Shown here in pieces: positions 27,951-40,651 of a stretch of 64,000 nt of DNA; the first letter of the stretch is position 1, and each line of letters begins with the position of its first letter. The notes beneath the pieces were generated by a model. It had not been told where the DNA came from. It searched no databases and was given only the letters and a program-made list of their open reading frames with translations. Source of the DNA: Rhynchobatus australiae (Eukaryota); the NCBI GenBank assembly GCA_034780895.1, contig JAUZTB010000087.1, positions 87,203,441 to 87,267,440 of the forward strand, given 5' to 3'. The position numbers and the translations under genes are program-made.

Positions 27951-28989
27951 ATATAGTTGACACTCCCTTTAAATGTGCTGGTAGCTTGGGGGAGTCAGGA
28001 GTAAAGTGGTTTCCTCCAACTCCATAACATGTGCCCTACTGTGCAAGGTAAGTGATATCATTGGCAAGAGTACCAAGTTCTATAATTGTGCTCAAATCAG
28101 GATAGCATGCTGATTGATATTGTGACCTGCCTTCCTACAACTGCTTCTGATGGAGATTAGAGAGCATCTGGAGTGATTTGATGCAAAAGCATTAATGCCT
28201 GCACTGACACCCCACTTTGGTCCACACTTGCAGCACCCAAACAATGATATTATTCATCCCAGATAATGCATCTTCAGAACTTACATGGCAGATCACTTTG
28301 ATGCAGGCAGGAGAAATTTGACAAGCTAAAAATGGCCTTATCAAAAAGAACCTGGTCTCCATTATAGATGGGCTGCCTGGTGGCTAAAATTCATTAGATC
28401 AATATGGGATTAAGATGCATTTCTAGCACAGAAAGTATGACCAATTGCAGCAGTAAATTGGGACCTCTGACATAGTTTTACTGTCCTAAATAGTTTTTTG
28501 TAAACTGAATTTTTCCTACTTTATTAGAGTAATTAATAATTCATTTTAATATACATTGAGGAATTCAATTCCAACATTTTGCACAGAAACTTTACCGTGT
28601 TACCTGAAAGCTAAAGTGAGTGCAACCCTGAATTTATCCATCAAATTCCACATAATGTTTTCCAAAATTGACAAATTACCACCTGCCACAGGCAGTGTGT
28701 GGGAGCGGGGGAGGGGGAGGATAATATATTCAGGTTTAATCACTATCTGCTAGCAGAATTTGGAAGGCATTCATTCTCTTGGTGCTAAAGAAGTGGGAAG
28801 CTCAAATCGATGCAAGCTGTACAATGCAGAAAAGTCCCAGCTTGAATCTCGAATTCATGCTCAGTTGGGTGATCATGTTTAAAATCCTGATGGGGCTCTG
28901 GCAGCTGAACAACACTCCTGACCGAGGAAGACGGTGAAACAAAGGGTCAAGCAGACTTCCGGCCTGCCCTCCATCATTATCCTATGGCA

Positions 28990-29535
28990 TCTGTTGGTAA
29001 TTGGTTTATTACTGTCACATGTACTGAGGTACAGTGAAAAACTTTGTTTTGCATGCCATCCATACAGATCATTTCATCACAACAGTGCATTGAAACAGTA
29101 CATGGGAAAACAATAACAGAATGCAGAACAAAGTGTTACAGGTACAGAGAAAATGCAGTGCAGGCAGACAATAAGGTGCAAGGCCATAATGAGTTAGACT
29201 GTGAGGTCAGAGTCCATCTTATCGTACTAGGGGACTTGTTCTATAGTCNNNNNNNNNNNNNNNNNNNNNNNNNNNNNNNNNNNNNNNNNNNNNNNNNNNN
29301 NNNNNNNNNNNNNNNNNNNNNNNNNNNNNNNNNNNNNNNNNNNNNNNNNNNNNNNNNNNNNNNNNNNNNNNNNNNNNNNNNNNNNNNNNNNNNNNNNNNN
29401 NNNNNNNNNNNNNNNNNNNNNNNNNNNNNNNNNNNNNNNNNNNNNNNNNNNNNNNNNNNNNNNNNNTACAGTTACAGAGAAAGTGCAGTGCAGGCAGACG
29501 ATAAGGTGCAAAGCCATGACCAGGTAGATTGGAAG
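28990..29535 (-). mobile_element. Rex1/Babar LINE 3' end (gap inside)
   Basis: Reverse complement of the 3' tails at 44830-45030 and 52590-52820 (ggtttattactgtcacatgtactgaggtacagtgaaaa). Confidence 0.75.
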
Positions 29536-29904
29536 GGTGCATGCAAGACCAGGATCCCTTTGCACCACAAAACATTGCAGGCAGGGTTGGGTCTGGCTAT
29601 GCTGCTCCCTCATGACTACAGATTTCAGCCCAACTTCTGCTGCCTGATCCTGCATTCAAAGAATGGACACCTGGATAAGTTGCCTGAGCATTTCCACACC
29701 AATGGAACTGTTTATCAACAGTAAGCAAGAGAGAGGACATAAACAGTGGCCAGGAAGAGGTGGGAAGGTTGGAAACAAAGAACTTTCGCAGACCATCATT
29801 GGAAGACCTGTATCCACAGTTCTGGGGGTGGGGGTGTGTGGAATAAAAGAATGGAGAGTGTCTCAGGAAGGTGACTAGCGTTATTAGTGTTTTTTGTTGA
29901 GATG

Positions 29905-30890
29905 TCACCTAAAACCAGGCCAACGGGGCAGAGAATTCCAAAGATTCACCATCCTCTGTGTGGAGAAATTTCTCCTCATCTGGCTCCAAAATGGCCTTCT
30001 CCTTATTCTGAGACAATGACTCCTGGTTTCAGATACATCAGCCAAAGGAAGCATCCTCCTTGCAGCCATCCTGTTCTGTCCTGTAAGAACTTTGTAAGTT
30101 TCAATGAGGTCTTTTCTCATTCTTCTTAAGACCAGAGAATGCAGTCCCAGCCTACAAAATCTCATATATAGCAAACCTGCCATTCCTAGAACTAATCTAG
30201 TAAATCTCCACTGCACTTCCTCCAAGGCAAATGCATTCTTTTATGGGTATGACTGAGGCCCTTTAGAACTACTGGAAGACATCTTTACTCCTGCACTCAA
30301 ATCTTCTTGTAAGGCCAACATGCTATTTGCTGTCCTAATCACTTGATGCACCTGCACGTTGGTTTTTAGTGACCTGTGCAGAAGAATATCAAGGAGCTTT
30401 AGGATATCAACATTTCCCAATCTCTCTTCAATTTTTTTCCACATTGTATCATCCCCCATGTTCTTGCCCACTCACTCACCTTGTCAATATCTTGAAGCCT
30501 CTTTACATTCTCCTTCCCACTCACAATCCCACCTAGTTTCATATGGTCAATGAACTTAAAGGAATGACAATTGGTCCTGTCGGCCAAATTGTTGATGTAG
30601 ATTGTGAACAGCTGGGGCCAAGCACTGATCCCTGGGGTTCCCTACTAGTTACAGCCTGATAAACTGAGAAGGATCCATTTATTCACACTCTTTGTTTTCT
30701 GTCTGATAATTAATTCTCAATTCATGTCAGTGGAGTGCCCTCAACTCCATGTGTTGTAACATTGTTGGCCAACCTCTCACGTACGACCTTATCAGAGGCC
30801 TTCTGCAAATCAAAATACACTGGTTCTCCTTATCTATTCTACAATTCACATCCACTGGATTAGTCAAATATGATTTTCCTTTCATAATTT
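29905..30890 (-). mobile_element. CR1 LINE fragment
   Basis: ORF 29905-30225 EEVQWRFTRLVLGM...TRSHCLRI...FSTQRMVNLWNSLP. Confidence 0.88.
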
Positions 30891-31384
30891 ATAATTTGTA
30901 GATCATAATTTGCAGCCAACATTGCCTGCTCCAGAATTCTATTGTGCATGTGGCCAAGGGTGACATGAGCAACAGAACAGGCTGTGCATGTTTAATGTGC
31001 TTAGAGACCTTTCCTCAATTTGCTTCACTTTTGCAGCATGAGAGAAGGAAACAGGCAGATCACAGCTTGTGGTTTGGTGGGGTGGGGTTGAGAGAGGCCC
31101 AGGAAGTGGTCTATGAAGCATTAGTAAGGGAGGTTGGGAAAAGATGGGACCTGAAAGATTTGGCCAGGAAATCAGGGGGGTGTGATTGGCTGCAGGTATG
31201 GTTGCTCCACAGTCAGGTTGGGATGGTTGTTTGAGTTCAGGATATGGTGTTGAGATTCAGGGTCAGGATCAGATCTGGGTACAATACTGGGCAGCCTGAT
31301 GGAGAGCCATAGTAAGGCAGCTCCCTACACCTGCTCCCAAGCTGCCAACATCTGCTGGGGCATGCTCAAGCAGGTCCCCTTTAA

Positions 31385-32205
31385 CATAAAACATAGAATA
31401 CAGGAGCAGGCCCTTCAGCCCACCATGGTGCCAATGTAAACTATTCCCATCTGCTTGCACATAGTCCATATCCCTCTAATCCCTGCTTGTTCATGTGTCT
31501 ATCTAAATGCCTCTTCAACATCTCTATTGTATCTGCTTCAATTACCACCACCCCCCATGTGTAAAAATAAACATGTAAACACTAGAGGGCATAGGTTTAT
31601 GGTGAGAGAGGGAAGGTTTAATGGAGATGTGCTCCAATTATCTACCCTATTTATGCCTCTCAAAATCTTTATATACTTCTGTCAGGTTTTCCCTCAGCCT
31701 CTGATGCTCTAGACAAAGCAATCCAAGTTCGTCCAACCTCTCCTTTTCACTAATACACTCCAATCCAGGCAACATTCTGATAAACCTCTTCTACACCCTG
31801 TCCAGGGCCTTCACATTCTTCTGATAGTCTGGTGAGCAAAATTAGACACAATACTCCAAATGTAGCCAAACCAAAAAGTTTTATACAGCTGCAGCACAAC
31901 TTCCCAACTTTTATACTCAATGCAAAAAACAAACTGCTGGAGGAACTCAGCAGCTCAAGCAGCACATGTGAGGGAGAAAGGAATTGTCACGTTTCAGGTT
32001 GAGACGATTTGTTTTTGCTCCAGGTTCCAGAATCTGCAGCCCCTTGTGTCTCCATTTTATACTCAATACCCAGACCAATGAAGGCAAGCATGTTATATGC
32101 CTTCTTTACCACCTTATCCACTTGTGTTGCCACTTGCAGGGAGCTATGGGTTTGAACCCCAAGATCCCTCTGTACATCAATGCTCCTAAGAGTCCTGCCA
32201 TTTAC
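31385..32205 (-). mobile_element. CR1 LINE 3' fragment with nested insertion and small internal inversion
   Basis: ORF 31987-32307 VQRDLGVQTHSSLQVATQVDKVVKKAYNMLAFI. Tail aacatagaatacaggagcaggcccttcagccc. Confidence 0.88.
31922..32054. mobile_element. 133-bp Penelope-like palindromic insertion with 13-bp flanking direct repeat
   Basis: TTTTATACTCAAT at 31909-31921 and 32055-32067. Internal inverted ends gcaaaaaacaaa / tttgtttttgc. Confidence 0.75.
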
Positions 32206-32596
32206 TTCAGAAAAGCGGGGAAGAATACTAGAAAAAGAACTCATTGCTTTGCTGGATAACAGGTTGAGAAAGAGACCATTTTTAAAGTTTCCAACAGAGA
32301 TAATCATTGCATAGACTTACAGAGGAACTTCCAACACACATTCTTTATTCGCTCTGGTTGCTGGCAAGTTTGGCTGTAGACCAATAGTTTTAGTCAGCTA
32401 CTGGTCTGTCTTGTGATGCTGCAGCATTATTTTAAGCTCCACGTTGCACGTATTACCCACATGCAGAATTGTTTTCATTTAGTCTCAACTGCACTAAATT
32501 TGGTGGGATAACATAGGGGGGCATGGGGTTTTTACAAGTTGTCCCACAGCAAATGTCCTTTTATCCCACATCTCTTCCTGCTGTACTTCATGTACT

Positions 32597-32610
32597 CCTC
32601 TAGGGGGCAC
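32597..32610 (+). promoter_or_regulatory. CTCF-like motif
   Basis: CCTCTAGGGGGCAC resembles consensus CCASYAGRKGGCRS. Confidence 0.4.
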
Positions 32611-33099
32611 TATTATGAAGCTCCATTACCTTGAATAACTTCATTAAAACTGAGCCTCTGCTGACATTTACAGTTCACTGTCCTCCCCTCCTGTCTCTGA
32701 AGTCTACAGTTTATCCCGTGTGATCATATTGACTTTTAAGTATGCTGCTGAAATATTACCTGTACAACAGGTCCATTAGCAGACACCTAGTCCACAATGC
32801 TGTTTTCAACTTTAGTTAGCACCGCAGACCACAGAGAATTGTTTTTATTTGTTGCTGGTCTACGCTTCTTGACTGATTTAATTTGTATGACACAGTTACA
32901 AGTAAACAACTCATCGACTGGTGATTCTCAACCAAGCAATGACATCAGTTCTAAGCCCAATGGTAGGAAATCAGGAAGTACTAAAGGTACTTCTTTCCTT
33001 AAGCAATTGGTCAGCATTGTTTCATGAATTTGAGAAACATTTTCAGTATATTTCTTAGCTGAATCCCAGCTCCTGAAGGTGTTCCGCACCATCCGTAGT

Positions 33100-33410
33100 C
33101 AGAGTAACACAGCATGGTTATTAGGCCCCTTGGCCCACTGAGTCCACACCAGCCTTTAAACACCCATTGCATTAATCCCTTTTTTTAAAAATTCTCTTTG
33201 CATTCCCATCAGTTGCTACCAGATTCCACCACTCATCTGCACACCAGGGACAACTAAACAACCTAGCTGCATGTCCTTGAGGTGTGGGAGGAAACTGGAG
33301 CACCCAGGGGAAAACCTATGCAGTCACAGGGAGAATGTGCAAACTCCACACAGAGTCCCTGGAGAACAGGATTGAACCCATGCCACCTACTAGCTGCGCC
33401 ATTGTGCTAC
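33100..33410 (-). mobile_element. HE1/V-SINE-like SINE
   Basis: gtgggaggaaactggagcacccagggg...cacagggagaatgtgcaaactccacacag (reverse core). Confidence 0.82.
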
Positions 33411-34239
33411 CTCAGCTGTGCCGTTGTGCTGCCCGTCCAACAATACACGATGAATTTACATCAGCTGATGACGCCGGCAAGAGCATTCACATCCCTTCCC
33501 TTGTTATACTATCACATATGTCGTGAACTTTGTTCAAATGGCCATTCTTAAATGGTGATCCCCAGATGGCAACGCGACCCAAGATTTTCATTGCTGATCC
33601 CACTTGGTCCTAAGCTGGCTTCTAGCCAGAACATCAGCAAGACCCAGGGAAGCACGGAGCCTCTCTCAACACAAGCTGCACTGACAAACGTGGTACTGAG
33701 AGCAGCAAGGACCTGCCCCCTCCCTGGTACACCAGCTGTTAGAATTAAGTGTTTGTGACTGTCTTTTAATTTTTATGTTCAAAATCACTCAGCACCAAAG
33801 GTTTAATGTAAAACATTAAAATTATTTTTAAAAGTTATGTTAAAAGATTTAGAAACACATACACTTAAAACTTTTAAAATATTTTAATTATATCAAATAA
33901 AACTCATGCCTTTCTCCCGACAGCCAATTTTTCTTAAGGATTTCGATGGGCCTACAGTACTTGTGCAGATTAACTTGGTGCATGTTCAGCAGCTGAGAGC
34001 TGGGAATTTTGCGGAATCTTGCACTGCTCTACTGGACTCTTGCTTGGGAATTACCCAGTTATGGGCTTGTCTGGAAGCAGCCACAAAACACAGGGTCATT
34101 TGCTCCATTATATTATTTCTAATATCAATTTTGACAAATAACAACAGAGTATTAGAGACCCAGGGGAGTCCAGGATCCCAGGGTTGATTGACCACAATGC
34201 AGCAATATTATTAATAAGCATAGTAGGCAGGTTCATGGT

Positions 34240-34590
34240 ACATTGGTTCATGGCCAGAAGGTTCAAGCTCTACTCTGGGTATTTGTACATAAAATCTTCA
34301 ATGCATATTGATTTGAAACTGTATCATTGGAGCTATTAATCTTCCTTGACTGGATTTAAAAGTCTATCAAGATGCTGGATGCAGAGGAGTTCTCCTTGTT
34401 ATCCTGTGCAATATCTACCTAAAACAGGATTAGCTAGTCATTATTACATTGTTGTTTGTAGCACCTTGCTGTACTCGAATAGGCTAGAGAAATCCTGCAT
34501 TATCACAATGATTACCTAATTAGCAATAAAGTGTTCCGGAATGATCTGTAGTCATGAACAATGTCACATAAATGTATGGCTTTCTTTGCC
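34240..34590 (+). mobile_element. Ancient Deu-domain SINE (SacSINE1/AmnSINE1-like)
   Basis: ggagttctcc...tcctg.caatat...aaaacag.atta.ctagtcattat.acattg.tgtttgt...ttgctgt matches my recollection of the Deu core. 3' end ataaatgtatggctttcttt. Confidence 0.65.
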
Positions 34591-35091
34591 ATTTTAAAAC
34601 ATGAATTTGAAATACACCTATGAATGCAATGCAGAAAAATCATCTACACCTCCTAAGGCATAATCACTATTTTGAACTAGTTCCAAAGATTTCCTGCTGG
34701 TGTAGTTAAAGGTGAACAAATTACACTATTGCAGTCAGATCAAACACTTCTATAAAGAGGCATTCCACATTAATTTCACCCCAAACACATTTTCAATAAA
34801 ATTATTTTACCATTAACACGAGGCTCACCATCTACACATGCGCTGTCATCAAGTTCTACAATATAGATCATTAGTTTGCTGTCACAACATCCAGAAAGGC
34901 ACATCAGTCTTTACACTGACACTTTGAGACAATATTAAACAATAAGTGAATTTAATTATTGAAAAAGGCTCACTTCAAACAATACCAAGCGAACATACAT
35001 AAGAAGCACTGAGTTGTACAAGTGAACAGCAAATTCCAGGAGTAATACAACTTAAATTTCAAAAAATCATTGCTGATCTCCCCACTCCTAC

Positions 35092-35480
35092 CTGCAACCT
35101 CCAGTGTCTTCAGTATAAGTCCTGCATGCGATAAGCCAACATCATATGATCACCTGACTAATGCTCAAAAAATCAGCTGACTTCCCTTGCAAGCTTGCTT
35201 CAGCTAAACAGCTTGTTTCCATAGCACTCTGTCATGTGAGCTGTGACAGCACCAGCTGTCATTTCTAATGAAGAAACTGGGCCCCATACTCATTCTCTTT
35301 TCTTCTTTCTCAGCCTCACTATGGATTAACGTACTTCCCAAGGAAAGTCACAGTCTAAAACACACAAGAAATCTCTTCTCACATTTTCACACTGTTCCTA
35401 CGAAAGCAAACTTAGCAACATCTTTCTCAGTGTGTAAGAACTCTTGTGTGTGAAAGAGAGTGTGTGTGAGTGAGAAAAAA
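35092..35480 (-). other. Candidate distal alternative first (5'UTR) exon; 5' boundary approximate
   Basis: Donor CAG|GTAGGA at 35091. Unique sequence with a CT/CA-rich start region, upstream CACCC and CATTCC motifs, and a uORF carrying the shared W-x-Q-A motif. Confidence 0.55.
35204..35293 (-). CDS. Candidate conserved-peptide uORF MSMGPSFFIRNDSWCCHSSHDRVLWKQAV*
   Basis: Open 29-codon frame from agaATGagt to TAG. Last 7 aa VLWKQAV align with VMWQQAA of the proximal uORF, with stops in register. Confidence 0.55.
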   Translation of the reverse strand: MSMGPSFFIRNDSWCCHSSHDRVLWKQAV

Positions 35481-36687
35481 AGAGGGGGGGTGGGTGTGCA
35501 GAGAGGAAGGAAAGCTCAGCATTCCTGAACACTCAGTCAGTTTTGCTAGGCTCCAAGACTATTTCCAGTCACAGAACATAAACTGCATTAGTCAGAGCTA
35601 AAGACCACACACTTTGTACTCCTAACATACCCACTTGCAGCCCGTGCTAAATGGCAGGAAGAACAGAATTACAACCAGTTCTGCTTTTTTTTTCAAAGAA
35701 ACACAAAATAAAACACAAAAGTGAACCAATGAAAAATAAGTTTTAAATAAATTCAGTAAGAAAGCAGAACTTTCAATGTAGAACACATGCAAGTTTGCTA
35801 ACAAACTGTTGGATTTTGGTTTTTAACAAACCTTTCACAAGGATCCCCTAAACCAAAATGCCCCATTCTGGGGCCGAGACATTATTTAAATCAGAGCTTC
35901 AATCTCCCTGGTGGTTTATACTATAGGAAATAATGGCTCTGAAAAAAAATGAAAGTATGATTCAAATTCTCCAAAACCACATACTCTCACTTCTAACCTG
36001 TGTTAGTCTTGTGGTTCTGTTTTCAATCCAGCGAGGAATGTCTCACAATAGTACCCACTGCACACATAAGTTCCAAAAATAAATCCACAATAAAGCTGGT
36101 AAAATAGAAAAGAAAAAGAACTTTTCAATATAATCCTCACAATCTAATTCAGAGTTCATCAGATCAGCATGTCCTGTGCCTTTTTCTGCTGGCCAGAGGC
36201 ATTCGCACTCAAGTATTTCTTCACTGTTCAGGAGGAAATGCCACTTATTAGACTCTTCCGTTAAAAAGCATATGTTGTTGCCCATTCACATCGGTATCAC
36301 ACACTACTCCCTCTGACACTATCCATGAAACCCCCACTCTCAGCAGGGACTGTCCCTTGTGGAGCTGCCGTGCAGAGAGAGGTGATAGCAGAAACCAAAT
36401 GGCATGCCACTTTGCACTGGAATTTCAGCTAGGAAAGTCCTCGCTGTAAATGTGAAAGCCTGATATTAATCAGTACCAGGAAGATCTGGTCTCAGTTTCA
36501 TTCTGCCTGTTTTTGCTAGTCAGACCTCAAGTACCACGCAAACGCAAATGCTTGCTCTACTCTGAAAGTCAAGATCATGGCCACAGTCACTGTCAGAAAA
36601 TTTGCCTCAGGATCCTTGCAGGTTGTCTCCCTGAGATATGCCACACTTAACACTCTGTTGGTCTCTGCTGCACTGAAGAAGTCAAGA

Positions 36688-38260
36688 ATCAGAATCAGAT
36701 TTATGATCACATACATTTGACATGAAATTTGTTGTTTTGCAGCAGCGGTACAGTGCAAAGGCATAAAAATCTATAAATTACAAAAATAGTGCCCAAAAAA
36801 AGGAATAATGAGGCAGTGTTCATGACTTCATGGATCGTTCAGAAATCTAATGGCGGAAGGGAAGAAGCTGCTCCTGAATCGTTGAGTGTGGGTCTTCAGG
36901 CTCCTGTACCTCCTCCCTGATGGTAGTAGAGAAGGGGGCATGTCCCGGGTGGTGAGAGTCCTTTATGACAGATGCCATCTTCTTTAGGCACTGCCTCTTG
37001 GAGATGCCCTCACTGGTGTGAAGTGTTGTGCTAATGATGGAGCTGGCTGAGTCAAAAGCCCTCTGCAGCCTCTTGCGATCCTGTGCATCGGAGGCCTTGT
37101 ACCAGGCTGTGATGCAACCAGTCAGGATGGTCTCCATCGTACATCAATGGAAATTTGTAAGGGTCTTTGGTGACATACCAAATCTCCTCAAACTCCTAAT
37201 GAAGCAGAGCTGCTGGTGTGCCTTCTTTGTGATTGCGTCAATTTGTCAGGCCCAGGATAGATCCTCAGAGATGTTGACACCCAGGAACTTGAAGCTGCTC
37301 ACCCTTTCCACTGCTGATGCCTCAACGAGGATTGGTGTGTGTCCTCCCGACTTTCCCTTCCTGAAGTCCACAATCAATTCCTTGGTCTTGCTGATGTTGA
37401 GTGTGAGGTTGTTGTTGCAATGTCACTGAACCAGCCGATCTATCTCACTCCTGTACACCTCCTCATCGCCATCTGAGATTCTACCAACAACATTAGTGCC
37501 ATCGGCGAATTTATAGATGGTGTTTGAGCTGTGCTTAGCCACACAGTCATGAGTGTCGAGAGAGTAGAGCAGTGGGCTAAGCACGCATCCTTGAGGTGCG
37601 CCTGTGTTGATTATCAGCGAGGAGGAGATGTTACTATTGATCTGCACTGACTGTGGTCTCCCGATAAGAAAGTTGAGGATCCAGTTGCAGAGGCAGGTAC
37701 AGAGGCCCAGGTTTTGAAGCTTGTTGATTAATACTGAGGGAATGATAGTGTTAACCGCCAAGCTGTAATTGATAAACAGTAGCCTGACGTGTGTCTTGCG
37801 GTTATCAAGCTGCTCCAAATTGGAGTGAAACGCCAATGAGATTGTGTTTGCTGCAGACCTGTTGTGGCAGTAGATCAATTGCAGTGGGTCCAGGTCCTTG
37901 CTCAGGCAGGAGTTAATTCTAGCCATAACCAACCTCTCGAAGCACTTCATCACAGTAGATGTAAGTCCTACTGGGCGATAGTCATTGAGGCAGTTCACCC
38001 TGCTCTTCTTGGGCACTGGAATAATTGCTGCCCTCTTGAAGCAGGTGGGAACCTCCAACTGCAGCAGTGAGAGGTTGAAGATGTCCTTGAACACTGCAGC
38101 CAGTTGGTCGGCACAGATGTTCAGCACCCTGCTAGGTACACTGCCGTGGCCTGACATCTTGCGAGGGTTCACCCTCTTAAAGGATGTTCTGACATCAGCC
38201 TCTGAGACAGAGATCACAGGGTCATTGGATGCTGTGGGGATTCACATAGGTGTAGTGCTG
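36688..38260 (-). mobile_element. Rex1/Babar LINE, 5'-truncated, RT largely readable
   Basis: ORF 37423-38217 CLNDYRPVGLTSTVMKCFERLV...GAPQGCVLSPLLYSL...YKFADGT. Downstream ILTGCITAWY. (aatctg)n-like tail near 36690. Confidence 0.93.
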
Positions 38261-39859
38261 TTCTGGTGGAATAGCTCCACTGGAATGTGGAGACTATCTA
38301 GCTTTGATAAATGTAATTTTTGCACTCAAATCTGTAAGGGGCAAGAGGTTGCAGTATAGGGCTTGCAAAAGTGGGAGCATTCAATGAGCATATACCTGTT
38401 CTTAGAATCTCTATGGAAACATCCTGCCATGAGTGCCATCCCTTTGGTCGGATATTTTTCTTTATTTTTTTGGCTCATGTCTGATGAACATGGAACCACT
38501 TCTCTTTTAGCATGATTTCTTCTTGCATTTCTGGTCACTTAATTTTGAAAGGGAGCCTTTTGAAATGACTTGGGATCCCAATTTGTGTAGCCTACAGAAG
38601 AATTGTGTTGCATTCTACTTATGCTGGCAGAGGAGATGCACCTGGCCCTTTGAATAACACTTATGTTGAGCCTTCAGCATTATAAGAAGTTGGCCTTCTT
38701 TCTGTAAGAGAACTGTGCCAGTTGCAATTCAGACCAATGTTGTTGAAAATCTCACCAGAACTGTACTTTGGGCATTTGGGCAAGTTGCATGCTAGAGAAA
38801 GACTGTTACAACACAAAAAAAAAGTCCTGTACCAACATGGTCATCCTTATTAATGACCAGCATTAACTGACTTAGATACATGTGCAAGATTGGTTAATGT
38901 AAGTTTCCTTTCCATAATGCCTGTGTTTTTCAACATTGCACAGATTAATTTCTACTCCTATGTTTATCTTCTTTGCAATACAACATATTTTTGCAAAATG
39001 CCTAAGAATGCATAAGAGAAAGATTTTAAAGGGTCACACTCTTTTGGAATAAAATTCTTCAGTGATTTTTAATGTAACTTACCTTGCTGCACAATTGCAT
39101 AACTAATAATCCCTCATTCATTATGTATTTGAACATAAATTGTTTCTCAAGAGTATTATTTCAGTAACACATTAGATACAAGTTATTCAATAAACAGGTC
39201 ATTGCTAATAGCATATTAAAAGAATCCATCAGCCAAACAATGTTAACATCATAGTTGAATGACTGATGAGTTTTCAGTTCATAATCTGGTACTGATTCTA
39301 ACATTAATATCATGAAATATATTATTATTATTCAGAGAAAATTAAAGTTAAATGATAGCATTGTTTAAGTGTGGGGAGACTGGGGCAAAATTACAATCTG
39401 CTAGATTGTAATGATGGCAACTGTGGGGGTAGAAAGCATTTAGAATTTGCATGTCAAGCAGAATAAATCTGAAACATGCTTCAGGATCAAGCACCAAATA
39501 AAGTAAAGCTAAAATTATGTCAGGAAAAAAATCAGTTATGAGAACAAATAGCAATACAGGTTAAGTTGTTTTTCAAAAGATCTAACCCAGTAAGGGTGCG
39601 GAATATGTTAAGACCTGCTTATTCTTGAAGCATTTCTAAAGGAATAAATTTGCAGGGAACTGATGGACTGACAAAAATCTCACCCAAGATTAGCATCCTT
39701 TCAAACCTTGCCCTTATCCAAATTCATTTATCTGACTTCGATGTTGACAGTCAGCATTGTTGACAAGTTATTCAATTATGGAGAATATAGGCCTGAACAT
39801 TGTGACTAATGATAGTGAAGCAGTCAATGTTCAGAGCTACTACATTGAAATTATATCTC

Positions 39860-40115
39860 ATTTAATATGGACATGAGGAGGAATTTCCTCTCTTGAAAAG
39901 TAATGAATCTTTAAAACTCTCTACCCAGAAAGCAGAAGATGCTGAATCATGAAGTATATTCAAGGCTGAGTTGGATGGATCTTTGGAATCAAGAGTTATT
40001 TGATCAGGCGAGAAAATAGAGTTGCAGCCAATGATCTGATCAACCACAAACTTATAGAATGGCGGGGTGGGGTGGTTAAAGGGCCATGTGATTTGATCCT
40101 GCTTCCATTTCCTAT
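39860..40115 (+). mobile_element. Old CR1 3' fragment
   Basis: atgaggaggaatttcc...aaactctctacccagaaagcag...tattcaaggctgagttggatgga...cctgcttccatttcctatgtt. Confidence 0.7.
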
Positions 40116-40651
40116 GTTGTGATATGAAGCTAACAGCAAGTTTAGGATCTTTCTGTATTCATTGTTTAACATGGAAATCATTAGGTTGCTGTCAGCAGTT
40201 CCTCCACAGAGTGCACAGTTTGGCAACCTGCTTCATGGTAAACAAAATAAATCAGCGATTTACAAAACTCACTGCAAAATACCATGAAAATGTTACACAT
40301 TTTTTGCAGAAAGTGGGTTAACTTCCCTTATGTGGCCCGAGTATGGTACACTAAAAACCCTTTTGGTTGTGGGCTCAACCATAAGAACATTACACATTTT
40401 TCTTAGCTCCTCCTGATAGCTGCTGATACTAGCTCAATTTACAGCTTTTAATCTGAACCAAGAGTATTAAAGCCAAGGAATTATGATGTTTGGATGAATA
40501 TCACCTGATATCTCAAAAGGTGGTGACACAGGCAAAGGGGCTGATGGCACACTCCCATTTTCATCTCTCTAGTTATGCTCTTTCGTTATTTATTCATGGA
40601 CTCTAAATGCCACAAATCTGTTCTAACTACTTTGTGCTTTGGCCTAAAGTA

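Noticed and set aside
37423-38217. 264-aa RT ORF as a possible domesticated gene
   Set aside because: Catalytic motif is mutated (FADG), it is 5'-truncated and downstream frames are broken; an ordinary Rex1 fossil.
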